DNA of 64,000 bases from Octopus vulgaris (lineage: Eukaryota), in the NCBI GenBank assembly GCA_951406725.2, contig OX597819.1:115754001-115818000 (forward strand). The letters run 5' to 3'. Position 1 is the first letter of the stretch. Each line of letters begins with the position of its first letter. Below the pieces are notes generated by a model. It did not search any database, was not told where the DNA came from, and worked only from the letters and a program-made list of their open reading frames with translations. Of this stretch, positions 25,858-40,084 are shown piece after piece. The position numbers were made by a program, and so were the translations under genes.

Positions 25858-27699
25858 AACCTCCAGAGAATTATAAAAAACCTTTCGACATGAGTACAAC
25901 TCCACGGAAAAGGCCCAACGAAAAAAGAAATAGACTACATAACCAACTTTAAATGCGAACTCTGCCTCTTCTATGGCTTACCGAAAATTCATAAAAGTCA
26001 AGAGACCTTAAACTAAGGCCCATTATAACTGGACTATTCTGTAAAACGCACCGAGTTGTTACTTCATTGATACCTTCTTGAAACCGCTTCTAAAATACAT
26101 TAAAAGTTACATTAGAGATGATTTGGACGTGTTAAACTACCTCTCAAAAAGAGTAAAGGAAAAAAAACACACTTATGGTCTCCTTTGATGTTGCTAACTT
26201 AATATCTCCCATAATTATGGACTAGAAGCAACTTAGTTCTGGCTGGGAAAATATCCAGAAGAAATACCGAAACGTATTAGCAAAGAATTCGTAATTGAAT
26301 CATTAATTTTTTTTTCTCCAGGAAAAAAACTTCATATTTTAACAGTACTGTATACCGACAAAAATTTGGAGTTGCTTTGAGAACCAAGGCATCCCCCGTT
26401 CTTGCAAACCTGACAATAGTCTATTTGGAAGTAGTAGTATGTCACGATTCACTCACAAAATTCGGAAATCCCCTTTCCCAATACACAAAAGGAAAATTGG
26501 AAAAAATATTTGGATGACTGTTTCATTCTATAGAATGAGAACATGGAGAAATGTTTGGAATTCAAAAGACTCCTCAATATCATAGATACAAATATAAAAT
26601 TTACACTAGAACACAACAAAAAGGAATACCCTTTTGTAGATATACGTTTCAAAAAAGTAAATAAAAATAGAAACCGCGATATTTTAGAAAACTACAGACT
26701 CGAAAGAATACTTATTATTTACATCATGCCTCCCGAGACACTGAAATAAATATCCCCTTCAATCTAGTGAGGAGAATCTGCACTATAGTGTCGGAAAAAA
26801 ACACCAGAGAACTCAGACTATAAGAAATTGAAAACATACTCGTCGACAGACACTACCCAACTTCGCTTATTGAATTAATATACAAACGCTAAAAGAGGTC
26901 AAACAAAGCAACACACTTACTGTAAATATATTACCTTATATTTCCACATACAATCCCAGAAGCAACGAAACATATAACACTATTATCCAAAACCTTCCAA
27001 TACTACATAAGGACCCTAAGCTGTATGAAATTCTATGCACCCATAAAATTATTAAAAGCAACAGCCAAAACCGGATATTCACAAATGCAACAATATACTA
27101 AAAAATAACGGAAGCAAGAGTTAAAAAATGTGAATGATCAAATTGTGGAATATATCCCAACAAAATGGAAGGCTCAGAATTCCATTTTAAACATGGACAA
27201 AATTTAAAATTGAAACTGACTTCACTTCCCCATCTGAAAATCTCATCTACGTCAGAATATGTTCCGGCTGCAGTCGGAACTATATAGTCCCAACAGGAAT
27301 GATCCTGAGACGTAAATCTACACTACACAAGCAGCAAATCTACCACCTCCAATACTGTCAAAAACCACTCACTGGTCATATAGAAAGATTTGCTGAGGAA
27401 CGCCAACCACAATGCACAATATTCGCACTATGCCCAATGCTCGGAAAGGACCTCAACTCAACAATGACTAAATAAAGAGGCCACATTTATTGAAAATACA
27501 AACCAGAACGTAACATAAATATATTAGGGAATTCAAAAATTAAAAACCAACCAGAAAAAAGGAAAAAAAGATATAATACCCCTTAGTTAAGAAATATTAT
27601 ATCCACTGAATTACTCCTTCAGCTAAAAACATTTTATTCATTGATTGTCCCCTTTGAGCTTAAAAATTGGTTATAAAACCCATATTGCTTCTACAAATC

Positions 27700-28195
27700 T
27701 ATTGAAACAAATGGTACATGTTCTTTATTATTACACGGGAAAATTGAAGTAAATCTTCATATTTCAACGTAAGTACCGTTGGCGTCAACCAGTTTCCTTT
27801 AACGGCCAGGGATGGAATGAACGACCTTCTGAAGGACGTCGTTTGAGATATTATTGAGAACCACCTGAATACCTATCTCCATGTCCTCTAGTGTGCGAAG
27901 TATTGTCTTGTACACCTCCTCTTTTGTGAAACCCACAGGTAAACATCACATGGAATGATATCTGATCTACTTGGAGTTCTGGACTTCTGCGGGCTAAGTG
28001 AACGATGCAAGAAGAAGTGGCCGTCGAACCATATCTCGATCTGCGGAGAACGTGGTAACAATACAGGAAATGTTTAATTGCAGCCCGCAAAAATCAACAC
28101 GTCAAGCAGCTTGTGAAAGTGGACTAACAAGACATACAATACGTACGGTGATGCATAAAGAATTGAATTTTCGTTTCTGGAAATCCCACCCTGTA
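27700..28195. mobile_element. Rearranged mariner-like (rosa/DD41D-like) relic
   Basis: C-terminal transposase on minus strand (RSPEL..LQKVVHSIPGR*RKLVDANGTYVE); N-terminal HTH on plus strand (DARRSGRR..ENV..SPQKSTRQAA..L); CACCCTGTA terminus at 28187-28195. Confidence 0.75.
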
Positions 28196-28223
28196 TATAT
28201 AGACATAAATACATACATACATA

Positions 28224-28284
<61 letters not shown>

Positions 28285-28380
28285 GTGTGTGTGTGTGTGT
28301 GTATGTGTGTGTGTTAAATAAGATGACAACAAAGCCAAGGCTGTGTGAAATTTCTAGGACATTTGTAAAGTGAGAGGTAG

Positions 28381-29300
28381 TCTTACAGCTGTTTCAGGGA
28401 TAACTCTCTATATATATACGGCAAAATGTCTGTCTGTGTGTGTGTGTATCCTTTATACAAATCCACAATTTTTCAGTTAGAGGGCTCGCACTTTCTATGG
28501 TCATTCAAAACCGTTCAAGGGTGGTCATGCATATCCTTATATTTCCCCAGTCACCCCATTAAAAAATCAATACAAGTGACTTTTTTGTGAATTTTCTATC
28601 CAAAACCCAATCAAAATGCCCGAAACTTGATACGCCAATTGAATGCCAGCTAGCTGTATGTGATTGGTCGGAGATTTGGACAGTACTCGCGTGTATGTGC
28701 TCACGCACGCACGCAGCTGTTTATGCATGCACTAGCACTATATCCGGCGTTGCCGGGTCATAGTGCTAGTAAAAGATATTTCATTATCAGAGAGGATATG
28801 AGAGAGTTAAATAGAAGTAAATAGTAGAGTGCAATATAAGAGGTTATTTAGGAATGAGTGAGGTATAAGAAGTATACAAGGAAATATGAGGGTAAAAAGA
28901 AATATATATGTTGGATGTTAAAGTTGCTGTTCCTTTATCCAAGGAATGTGCTGTGTAGAATGGATAAAGAGACTTCTTATCCATGGTATGTAAATTCCGA
29001 TCGGAGTTCATATTTTGTTATTACAGATGGGGTTATGCATTTTGTCTGGGGTTTGGTAACATTCTGCCAGCTCGGCACCTTTGTCTGATAGTGATTTTGA
29101 AGATGGTATGAAGAAAAGAAATTCCAATCCCCTCAAAACTGTTTGAGATTTTTGAGGTTTATGGTTAGCTGTATATCACTGGCAAGATTATGATTGATCT
29201 GTCTCACACCTCAGTACCATTTTTGGATTATCACAATGGATTTTGTCTGAAGAATTAAAGACATCATACAATGAAAGTATTAATGACTATATAGTTTCTT
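28381..29300 (-). mobile_element. Decayed Penelope-type 3' fragment with hammerhead motif split by the Helitron
   Basis: Minus strand TCT-CTGATAA-...[Helitron]...TTATCCCT-GAAAC-AGCT-GTA-AGA; upstream sequence only weakly resembles a GIY-YIG region. Confidence 0.55.
28407..28769 (+). mobile_element. Non-autonomous Helitron
   Basis: 5' TCTATATAT..; 3' hairpin CCGGCGTTGCCGG then CTAG|T. Confidence 0.88.
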
Positions 29301-29813
29301 GACTTGCTAGACACAGCAAAAGAATCACCCTCAAAATACACGGTAATATCTTTAGAAGCATAAAAGAAAAAAACCCAACAAACAAACAAACAAACGTTGG
29401 ATTATGTAAAGCTCTTGTCTTGAAAAAATACTCTATTACTAAAGAAAAGAAGTACGTGATGTCGATAGCTGTAAAGTCTTTGAATGATGGCTCTCCATTG
29501 TCAGAGATGCATGGTTCTAACAAATAACAAATGAGAATATGAAAGTATAAAAGAATTCAAGAAACGGGTCAAGCCTTGATTCAGCTGCAGCTTAGCAACC
29601 ACTCAAACAGCTCAGACCACTTAGAAGAAATTATATAGCAATTAAACGACCGAGTATTATTAACCAATCTATTCAGTTGATTCAATAAACGAGAATGTCC
29701 AAACTTTGGATGGGTTCGTTAAACTACATACGTACATACAGACACATATACATACATACATACATACATACATACATACATACATACATACATACATACG
29801 TAGAGTCATACAT

Positions 29814-29882
<69 letters not shown>

Positions 29883-30218
29883 TTCATATTACATATGGGT
29901 CACATATGTATACATTATATATGGGTTACATATATATTGTTATACATAAATATATATTATATAATGTATATATATGATTGTATATGCACCCCAGTACACA
30001 CACACACAAACACACTTATATATATGTATAATACATTATATATATATATCACATATCTCACTCTCACCCTCTTCCTCTCTCTCACTCACTCATTCTATGT
30101 CTCTCTATACATATATACCTATATACATATATGTATGTATATATATGTGTGTGTGTATATATACACACACAGATGTATACATATATATTACACATGTAAA
30201 CAAATATACATGCATATT

Positions 30219-30269
<51 letters not shown>

Positions 30270-30753
30270 ATATATATATACACATACACATATATACGCC
30301 AAAAAATGAACCGTAAATGTTATACAAAAGCATAAAACAAAAGTAAATGAAATGAAAAGAAAGAAACCCATAAAAAATATACAAAAGAACAAAAGACACA
30401 AAATAATCTTATTGTAAACAACAACAACAACTATGGCAACAATAACAACAATAAAAACAACACCTACAATGGCTACAACAACAAACAATTAATTTTCGTT
30501 GATAATTTAATCTCATTGATACTATTTCTCGATTGATCGACAAAAAATACATTGTTTCTCGAACGTTGATTACTATATATTGATTTCTTTTACAGCAGGG
30601 AAGGAGATACCCTGTACATACACTTATATACTCATACATGTCTGTACACAAACATACATACATTCATATATATATGCCTGTATACTTACACACACAGGCA
30701 CGCAAATGTATGTAAATACATACATATATATATATATATATAAGTATACATAC

Positions 30754-30868
<115 letters not shown>

Positions 30869-31032
30869 TGTGTAATGTATATATTTATATTCATATACAG
30901 TTTGTCGGGATATATATATGATGTAAATAAATAAGAAGATACACACATACACACACATATATGTATATATATATATATATATGTGTGTTTGTGTGCGTGT
31001 ATACACATACATATACATATACATACACACAC

Positions 31033-31092
<60 letters not shown>

Positions 31093-31740
31093 GTGTGTCT
31101 GTGTGTGCGTGTGTGTGTGCGTGTGTGTGTATGTATTTGCGTGTGTTTGTGTGTGTGTTGTATTTTATTGTTCTATTTTTCCATTTCACAAAGACTGCTT
31201 CTTGAAGAAATATAGAAAGAAAAACAAAGTGAAGATAAAAAACAAACAAAACGAAAGAAACATCAAGAAATGACATACTCACAGAAACTACTAATACACA
31301 CCTACACACATACTCACAAAATAATTCAGAAAAAACTCCCCCTCTTAAACGATTATAATTTTTTTTTTCTATTGTAACGATTAGTTTACTATTTTGGTGA
31401 ACTTTGTAAATTCGCCTTTTAATTACATAGTTTTTTTATATATATATTAAGACGTATAAGATTGTTTTACATACATACAAAACAAGACAGAGAATACGAT
31501 AACCGTTTTGTTAGAAACAATAGAAAGAGAAAGAAGGAGAAAAATAAAGTGCGCGTGTATGTGTGTATATGTGTGTGCGTATGTGTGTGTATGTGTTCGT
31601 GTATGTGCGTATGTTTGTAGGTATTTGATAGAGAGATTTGAAACGTTTAGAAATGTTTTGGCCAAGGTTAATATGGATAAACAAGTTGGTTGTTAAATGG
31701 ATAGCTGTAGAGTTAGATAAACAAAACAAGGGGGATATAT

Positions 31741-31923
31741 CATATACACGATATTTCTTTAGGTGAATTTATGCACGTACATACATACATACGTATATAT
31801 ATTAGAAGTTTTGGAGAGAAAGCGCTAATATATGATATAAGTTATATGATGTATAAAAACATGTAATATACAAATAAATATCTGTAAATATAAAACCATC
31901 CGAATTTCTGAGTACCTCATTTC

Positions 31924-31964
<41 letters not shown>

Positions 31965-32129
31965 TATACACGATATTTCTTTAGGTGAATTTATGCACGT
32001 ACATACATACATACATACATACGTATATATATTAGAAGTTTTGGAGAGAAAGCGCTAATATATGATATATGATATAAGTTATATGATGTATAAAAACATG
32101 TAATATACAAATATCTGTAAATATAAAAC
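31741..32129 (+). repeat. Tandem duplication of ~160 bp (31741-31896 / 31963-32129)
   Basis: Near-identical copies differing only by small slippage indels. Confidence 0.95.
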
Positions 32130-32205
32130 AAGCCTTCTGTAGTCTTTTCACTTTTTACTATTTTCTATATATTCAACCACGTGCTTTCACATACAAACTT
32201 TCTTA

Positions 32206-32240
<35 letters not shown>

Positions 32241-32244
32241 TCTC

Positions 32245-32362
32245 TCTTTTTACTCTTTTACTTGTCTCAGTCATCTGACTGCGGCCATGCTGGAACAACG
32301 CCTTTGGTCGCGCAAATCGATCCCAGGAGTTATTCTTTGTAAGCCTAGTACTTATTCTATAG
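32245..32362 (-). mobile_element. SINE family A, 3' fragment
   Basis: Tail match, abruptly fused to the transposase fragment. Confidence 0.85.
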
Positions 32363-32364
32363 GT

Positions 32365-32825
32365 CTTCATGCAAGATAACGGCCCGTCTCACGCAGCGAA
32401 TAATTCTAAGGAATACCTGCAACAAACAGGCTTCTCTGGAGGTTGCTTAATGGAGTGGCCACCTAGTTCCACTGTGGAGTGTCCTGAAGAGACGCCTTTA
32501 TCAAGATGGACGGCAGTTTTCAAGTAAAGTTGCCCCGTGAGATGCTATTGTCGATGCTGCTCAAAGCATGACACAAGATGACATCATCACCCTGACAGAT
32601 TTAATGGATCAGCGGGTAAGGCAAGTTATTACATGCGGAGGATCAAACATCAAACATTTAGAGCTGTATGACATCATAATCTCATGATTATTTTTATTCC
32701 AACGTATTATTATGTATAAAATCTAATCCTTTATGAATAATTTTTTGTTAAACCCTTACTGCTGAATTCAATAAACGTTTGTTCTGACACAATTATTATA
32801 GTTGCCTAATAATTTATGACGGATA
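32365..32825 (+). mobile_element. Tc1-family transposase 3' relic (DD37E/TRT-like spacing)
   Basis: FMQDNGPSHAANNSKEYLQQTGFSGGCLMEWPPSS[deleted PDLNPIE]LWSVLKRRLYQDGRQFSSK; restoring the deleted motif gives a D-37-E spacing. Confidence 0.8.
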
Positions 32826-33060
32826 GAAAGAATTTTAGAGGGTCAGGTGAGATAGCTTGCGCTATCTGTTTGTTTGTTTGTAACATTTTTGTGAATGTTA
32901 CCCAATCACAAAAATTTCCGGCAGCATTTGTTGGCGTCTGCGCAGATCCGATTTATTTTAACAGTCAGTGGGAAAGCAACTGGTTTTGAACGAATATACA
33001 TTTATTTATTGAGAGAAGGTTGATTTGCTCAATAATATGGGACACGGTATATATATATAT

Positions 33061-33193
33061 ATAGGTTGTTATGTAACAAGACAAACAGAATGCAATATGG
33101 AGCAAATGTATATAAATAATACTAGTAATTAATTTTATATACATTTGCTCCGTATGGTATTATGTTTATAGTTGTAGTTACATAATAAACTAT
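33061..33193. repeat. 133-bp imperfect palindrome (MITE-like hairpin)
   Basis: ATATGGAGCAAATGTATATAA / TTATATACATTTGCTCCGTAT core stem; outer TTATGTAAC / GTTACATAA. Confidence 0.85.
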
Positions 33194-33750
33194 CACCTGA
33201 TTACGCAATAACATACTATATCTTATGTTATTAAATTATTTTATTTTATTTTAGGCTTTTTGCATTTTCACCTCTATAGTATTTGATTATATTATAATAT
33301 TTTATTATAAAACACCCAAAAGAATGCACCTTTAACTATTGTAATTATTTTGATTGTATAAGCATTTAGTCTTTAATTATAAACTATTTTATGGATTTCC
33401 CCCTTATTTAATTTATACATTAATTTTTATTTTTTAATTTCTAATTTCTAGTTTATTCACTTATCAGTTTAGTAATATTAATTTACACACTGCTTATCTA
33501 CAGCATTATCATTGGTGAATAATACATTGTAATATATTAAAATTTACTCATATACCTACTTTCGCAAATTCTTTTATTTAACTCCATAGAAGGATATATT
33601 GTTCTATTCTTACTTTTATTATAACTCCAATAAATATACTACTTTCTTCCCCTTTGTAAGGTTTATACGATGTTCCTTATATATAAGTTTTATCAGTTAA
33701 AGGTGTGGAGCCGTATACTCAACAAGCAGGAATATGAACACTTACTTGTA

Positions 33751-33847
33751 TATCTTTAGCCAATACTGATGAGATTCGACTTTTAAATTATTTTGATTAT
33801 GGTAATTAATTTCTAAAGGTCTGGAATCGAAACAGCTGTCAGAGATG
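33751..33847 (+). ncRNA. Type-I hammerhead ribozyme motif, fully canonical core
   Basis: CTGATGA(33766)-GATTC...GAATC-GAAAC-AGCT-GTC(33840); extended stem II GACTTTTA/TAAAGGTC; stem I only as offset pairing TATCTTT/AGAGATG. Confidence 0.75.
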
Positions 33848-34015
33848 ATGTCTAAGTTTTTAATTAATAAATAGTTATTAATTATCCCTCTATTTTCTTG
33901 TCTTCTTAATATATGTATATATATAGTCACTCTATTACTTCAGCTAAATATTAATAAAAATATACATATACTCATATTATGAGTTCTATTGTTCCTGCTT
34001 GCATCAACATATCTG

Positions 34016-34083
<68 letters not shown>

Positions 34084-36043
34084 TCTGTGTGTATGTGTGT
34101 TGTGTCTGTGTGTCTGTATGTGTTTGTAATATGTACTTTAGGGCCTCACATATGTAATATCCTGTGTTGAAAAACTTCAATTATCTGAGATTTTCTTAGA
34201 ATCAGAATTCAAATACACTATGAAGATTACAAAGTTTAAAAACAGTGAGCAAAAGGGTAACATATATGATACTGTTTATCTAATATTTATGGAAACTATA
34301 GAGAATACTGTTAGGAACAAATCCCGACTCTCACATCAACAGGTGAAAGCAAGTTCCTTGTTAGAAGCGATCAGTGAAGGATATGTAAATCGGTTGAATA
34401 AAAGTGATCAAGTATAGACAGAAATAGAAGCATTATGAATATTAACCAAAGGACAGATGAGAAAAATATTGAGGAGCGATCTGCATTACGTACGTACATA
34501 CGTACGTACGTACGTACGTACCTACCTACCTACCTACCTACCTACCTACCTACCTACCTACATACATACATACATACATACATACATACATACCTACCTA
34601 CCTACCTACCTACCTACCTACCTACCTACCTACATACATGCATGCATGCATGCATACATACATACATGCATATATACGTACATACATACATACATACATA
34701 CATACACATGCATACATACATACATGCATACATACATACATACATACATACATACATACATACATACATACATACATACATACATACATACATACATACA
34801 TACATACATACATACATACATACATACATACATACATACATACATACGCGCGCACTGATATATGTTTTGGGAATGATTACACCTCGAGGCATGACTGAAC
34901 AAGAATCTTCTGAGCACATTAGTTTCATTTAGGCCTTAACTCACGCATATTTCGCACCAATTTTTGTTTCTGCCAAAGGTTACACAGAAACTCTTTTGTC
35001 AAGTGGGTAAGAAGAATAATTTTCATATCAAAAGACAAGCGTCATTTGTCATAAACACAGAAAGGAGTAGTCAAAATCATTTATTCGGAGATTATAATCA
35101 TATTGGGATTTCTACGTAAATTTTTTAAAAAAAGTAATTTTAATAGGTGTTGTACATTATTTTGTCATACTCTGCGAATTCTTGGCTAAGTTTTAGAAGC
35201 GATATTTCATCTAAATCCATTGATACTTCATTGTACTCTTTCCCCAAATCTCAAAACGCGTTATGTGAGGGCTTATTTTTTTATAGCTATTCCATCTGTC
35301 ACATTTTCCATGGAAGATTATTCCTTAGGATGGTTTTGTATTTGTTGATTTAGTACTTCGTCCAGGTTATTTTTTATGTGAATGAGTTGGTAATAATGTT
35401 AAAAAGCTCATATTTCCTTTATGTGATATACAGGACCCGTCTTCCTGTATGTTTAATTCACATACACCTATAGTCAAAACTCTGTCCACCTACTGAATCG
35501 TTGTGCAATCCCAACAACGCATACAGTATTGCCAAGTTCGTATGCGTCAACGGGTTACATAACTTCTGATAGGTATCTAAGCGCCTCAACTTGTATTGAC
35601 CCGCTAAAGCATGTAAAATATATTTTCACTATATTTCTAAGACAGTTATTTCTTAATGATAACATATAAAGTTGTCACCTCGTCCGATGCCGGTCAATTT
35701 CTATACCAGACATTGATGACGTCGTTACATATTATGCAGCTACAGAAATAATAATGGCTGATGAGTCGAACTGACGCCATAATATCTAAATGTTCCTCAG
35801 GGGAATTTGTGGCAAATATCTTATGTTTTCCTTCTATAATTTGTTTATTGTCTTCTTTACATTTGTTTGATTCACATCGCTGTCAAGCAATACCATCAAC
35901 AATTCGTTGCGTGGTAGCGCTCTGACTTTCTTGAGGAATTCTGACTGATGCCCATTCGTGCAAATCACACTCTGCTCGCAATAGATTTTATTTTAAGACG
36001 TCGTTGCTGTCAGAACACAAACATCTGGAACAGATACCGCAAG

Positions 36044-36418
36044 CGGAGGCGCAATGGCCCATTGGTTAGGGCAACGGACTCGCGGTCGGAGGATCGCGGT
36101 TTCGATTGCTAGACCGGGCGTTCTGTGTGTTTTATTGAGCGAAAACACCTAAAGCTCCACGAGGCTCCGGCAGGGTGGGTGGGTGGTGGCGACCCCTGTT
36201 GTACTCTTTCGCTCCAACTTTCATTCATTCTTTCTTCCTGTTTCTTGTCCCCGACTTCCTACGCAACCTCTGAGCCTGGATGCGCGTTTAGCCATCCGTC
36301 GATGCTCTCGGTGTCGGAGGTTGACCTGCTTTCTCTTCTGCAGGTCTTACGAATAGCAAAGGACTACGTTTCGGACTTCTAGGACGAAGACCGATTCGCT
36401 CAACAAACAAACAAACAG
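36044..36418 (+). mobile_element. SINE family C (head GGAGGCGCAATGGCCCA(G/T)TGGTTAGGGC..GGTTTCGATT; resembles octopus OR-type SINEs), tail type 1 ending (CAAA)n
   Basis: tRNA-like A/B boxes; head and core shared with copies at 40569, 52557 and 64000; TSD AACAGATACCGCAAG. Confidence 0.9.
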
Positions 36419-36423
36419 ATACC

Positions 36424-36655
36424 TCTTTCTTTATTACCCACAAGGGGCTAAATATAGAGGGGACAAACAAGGACAGACAAACAGATTAAGTCGATTATAT
36501 TGAACCCAGTGCGTAACTGGTACTTAATTTATCGACCCCGAAAAGGATGAAAGGCAAAGTCGACCTCGGCGGAATTTGAAATCAGAACGTAACGGCAGAC
36601 GAAATACGGCTACGCATTTCGCCCGGCGTGCTAGCGTTTCTACCAGCTCACCGCA
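36424..36655 (-). mobile_element. SINE family B, full length
   Basis: Family match; TSD AAACAGATACC. Confidence 0.93.
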
Positions 36656-37147
36656 AACAGATACCGCAAGGTATCTCACCTGATCCTCTAAAATTTCTCT
36701 CTATCCATCCAAAGTGTGAAAGTGAATGTTGACTTAGGTGGGGTTTGAACTCAGATCGCAGGTACATAGAAGAAATACCACGAATCGTTTTGTTAAAAAC
36801 TCTGTTCACTACTTCGGTTCGCTGACTTTATTTAATTAGTCAGAAATGAAATATATCACTTAGAAGAGCTAAGATCATGCTGTATACATTCACGTATCGC
36901 TGTCTATTATGTGTTTGTGTGTGTGTATGTATGTGATGCATGTATGAAAGTTTGTATAGAGCGTATGTTTGTTTATGTATGCGTGTGCGTATGTATGTGA
37001 ATATGTGTCTGCCTATATATATATGTATATATATATGTGTGCGTGTGTGTATATATGTATATATGCATATGTGTGTGTGTTTATAGGTAGACACACATAT
37101 TCACATACGTATAACCTTTTGATCATTTAAGTACCAAGTTCTCTTTC

Positions 37148-37200
<53 letters not shown>

Positions 37201-37428
37201 ATATATGTACATATATCTATATATGTATATGTAGAATATGTTTCTGCATGTAATATATGTATTCTTTTATGCTTTTATATATGTTTCAGCCCTAAGGCTA
37301 TGGCCATGCTAGGGCACACCAGTATAATCACCTTTTAATTGGACTATCCCATGTAATTAGCTTTTGGTGAAGGAGGAAGCATGTGTATATACATACATAC
37401 ATACATACATACATACATACATACATAC

Positions 37429-37493
<65 letters not shown>

Positions 37494-37629
37494 TATATAT
37501 ACATATAAAAACACGTTTATATGTATGTTTATATACATACATAATTACATACATACACACACAGATACATACACACCTACAGGCACACACACACACACCT
37601 ACATATACATACATACATACATACATACA

Positions 37630-37661
<32 letters not shown>

Positions 37662-38996
37662 CATATATATTTGTCTGCCTTTATAACATTTTGATGGCCA
37701 ATTTATGGCATTCGGTGTGCACCAGACTACTTCTGCATTTAATGTAGTGGGACATAGTACCCACTCCCTAAATAGGTGAAATTAGATTCTATAAATCATT
37801 ATATACGTGTACTTTTATATTAAATAACGCTAATTGCATTTCCAATTACACATTTTTTGAATGAAAAGAACTTCGTTTTTCTCTTATTTTTCAACTACAG
37901 AAGAAATACTGACAGCCAAATTATACATACGACGTATCAATAAACGAGAAGATGGCCACGGCTGGAATGCATTTTGTCATATGTCTGCTGGGTGGAAGCC
38001 TAGTTATTGTCGGGGTTCATGCTGGGGATGCTGGTGATGCTGGTATGAGGAACAAACAACAATAAAAACAAGCATAAAACTACTAAATAATGCTAAATAT
38101 GTTTCCAATTTTAAACAGATTGGACTCAGTCATTTTTCCTACTTTAAAAAAGAAATATATATATAACGATAAAAAGTAGTCAAATTTAATTAACACAACG
38201 ACCCGACACACAATTTAGATTTATATCACTAGTTTGTGCAAAAAGCGCGTTTAAATGAAGTTTTGTTGGTTTCTTAGTGATGTCTGGGAAATTGCATTTG
38301 CTGTAGCATATGTTCAAATCAAAGAAGGTTTACTAAAACAGTTATTCTAAAAGAGGACAATTTTAGACTTTTCAATTATTGCCAAGTTCTTTTTATTCAA
38401 TTTCCAACAGTTTTAGATATCTCAATTATCCTTGTAGTTTTTTTTCTTTGTTTTTGTTGTTTGTGGCGTTATTTATTTCATCCTTCGTTTCTTCTCATCT
38501 TCGTTCTTTCCTCCCTCGCTTCCTCTACCTCTTTTCCTCTCTATATGTCTCTGTCTGTCTGTCTGTCTTCCCCCCCCCACACTCTCTGTTTCTCTACCTC
38601 TCTCTTAAATAGTTTTTTTTCCGGTTTTTAGTCAGGAAAAGAAAATTGTTTAATAAATTGCTGATGATTCTTTATTTTATTTCATTGTTCTTATTTATTC
38701 TTGGTGGAAAAACGCTTTGCGAATTCACTCTTAGATACACGCGCGCGCACACACATAGACGCACACATGTCTATGTGCGTGCATAAAAGTGTATGTCTGT
38801 GTGTGTTTGTATAGGTGCGTATGGGCTTTCATTGCTACAACATTCACAGAAATGCTTATGCATATGTATGAAAAAATAAAGGTAAACATACATATATTTA
38901 AATATATACCAACTGCAACAACGCCCACACTGGCACACGTACTCACGTACTAAAGTATTTACTTACGAACACGCACGTGCGCTTCATACACACGAC

Positions 38997-39101
<105 letters not shown>

Positions 39102-39222
39102 AATATATATGTGCATGTGTGTGTGTGTGTGTGTGTACAGGTGTGCATGTATGAATACATACACAAGTGTATATTGTGTATACGTACGCTGAAATTGATA
39201 TGTGGTTTGTTATGTATTGAGT

Positions 39223-39267
<45 letters not shown>

Positions 39268-39382
39268 ACATGTATATATATATATATATATTTGTATACA
39301 TATACACATAAATTATGTCTATACTTATACATTTATATATAGGCATACATGCAATGCGCATATATGCATACCTATACATATA

Positions 39383-39434
<52 letters not shown>

Positions 39435-39497
39435 TATATACATATATATACATATATACACATATATATATATACACACATATATATACATATATAT

Positions 39498-39567
<70 letters not shown>

Positions 39568-40084
39568 CTACGTACAAGCATACAGAAAGTCACACACATA
39601 TATATACAAATATCTATCTATCTATCTATCTATGAATGTAATTAATGTATATATTTGTCTCGCATCTTTACCTATATTTCAACTAAACCAATTTCCTTAT
39701 AGCTGTAACTATATTACGGCAAAGTTGAAAATTTCCAGAGTAGTGAGACTGATTAATATAACTGATTTTCAACAAGAATGACGAGTCGGTTAATTTTCTC
39801 TCTGTTGCCTTCAGGAAGAATTGATTAAAAGAAATTAACAATGACAGCACATTAGCATTGCAGATATGTTTAGATGTGGTTAGTTATCTCTCTTTCTTAT
39901 ATACATATATACGTACGCACGCATATATACCACTCATATTTTATATTTAGCTTGATATAAAAACCAATATAAATATATACTTAGCTAGTTAGCTATTGGT
40001 ATATTTCTATTCCCCTCTATCTGTATGTCTGTCTGTCTCTGCCTCTGTCTCTGTCTGTCTATCTGTCTCTCTCTCTATATATAT

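Larger units (their letters stand above)
23071..27660 (+). mobile_element. Penelope-like retroelement (Neptune-like), near full length, decayed RT + GIY-YIG, with direct pseudo-LTR repeat
   Basis: IKEADKGCTVVVMD (25510), FYGLPKIHK (25968), LRPII, VSFDV, YRQKFGVA, WKKYLDDCF (26498), Cys-rich linker (27129), NLIYVRICSGCSRNYI..TG (GIY-YIG, 27240); 23071-23265 is repeated at 27434-27660. Confidence 0.92.

Noticed and set aside
35754-35780. ATGG-CTGATGA-GTC-GAACT-GAC-G-CCAT hammerhead half
   Set aside because: Lacks GAAA, stem III and a cleavage triplet; cannot be told from chance.
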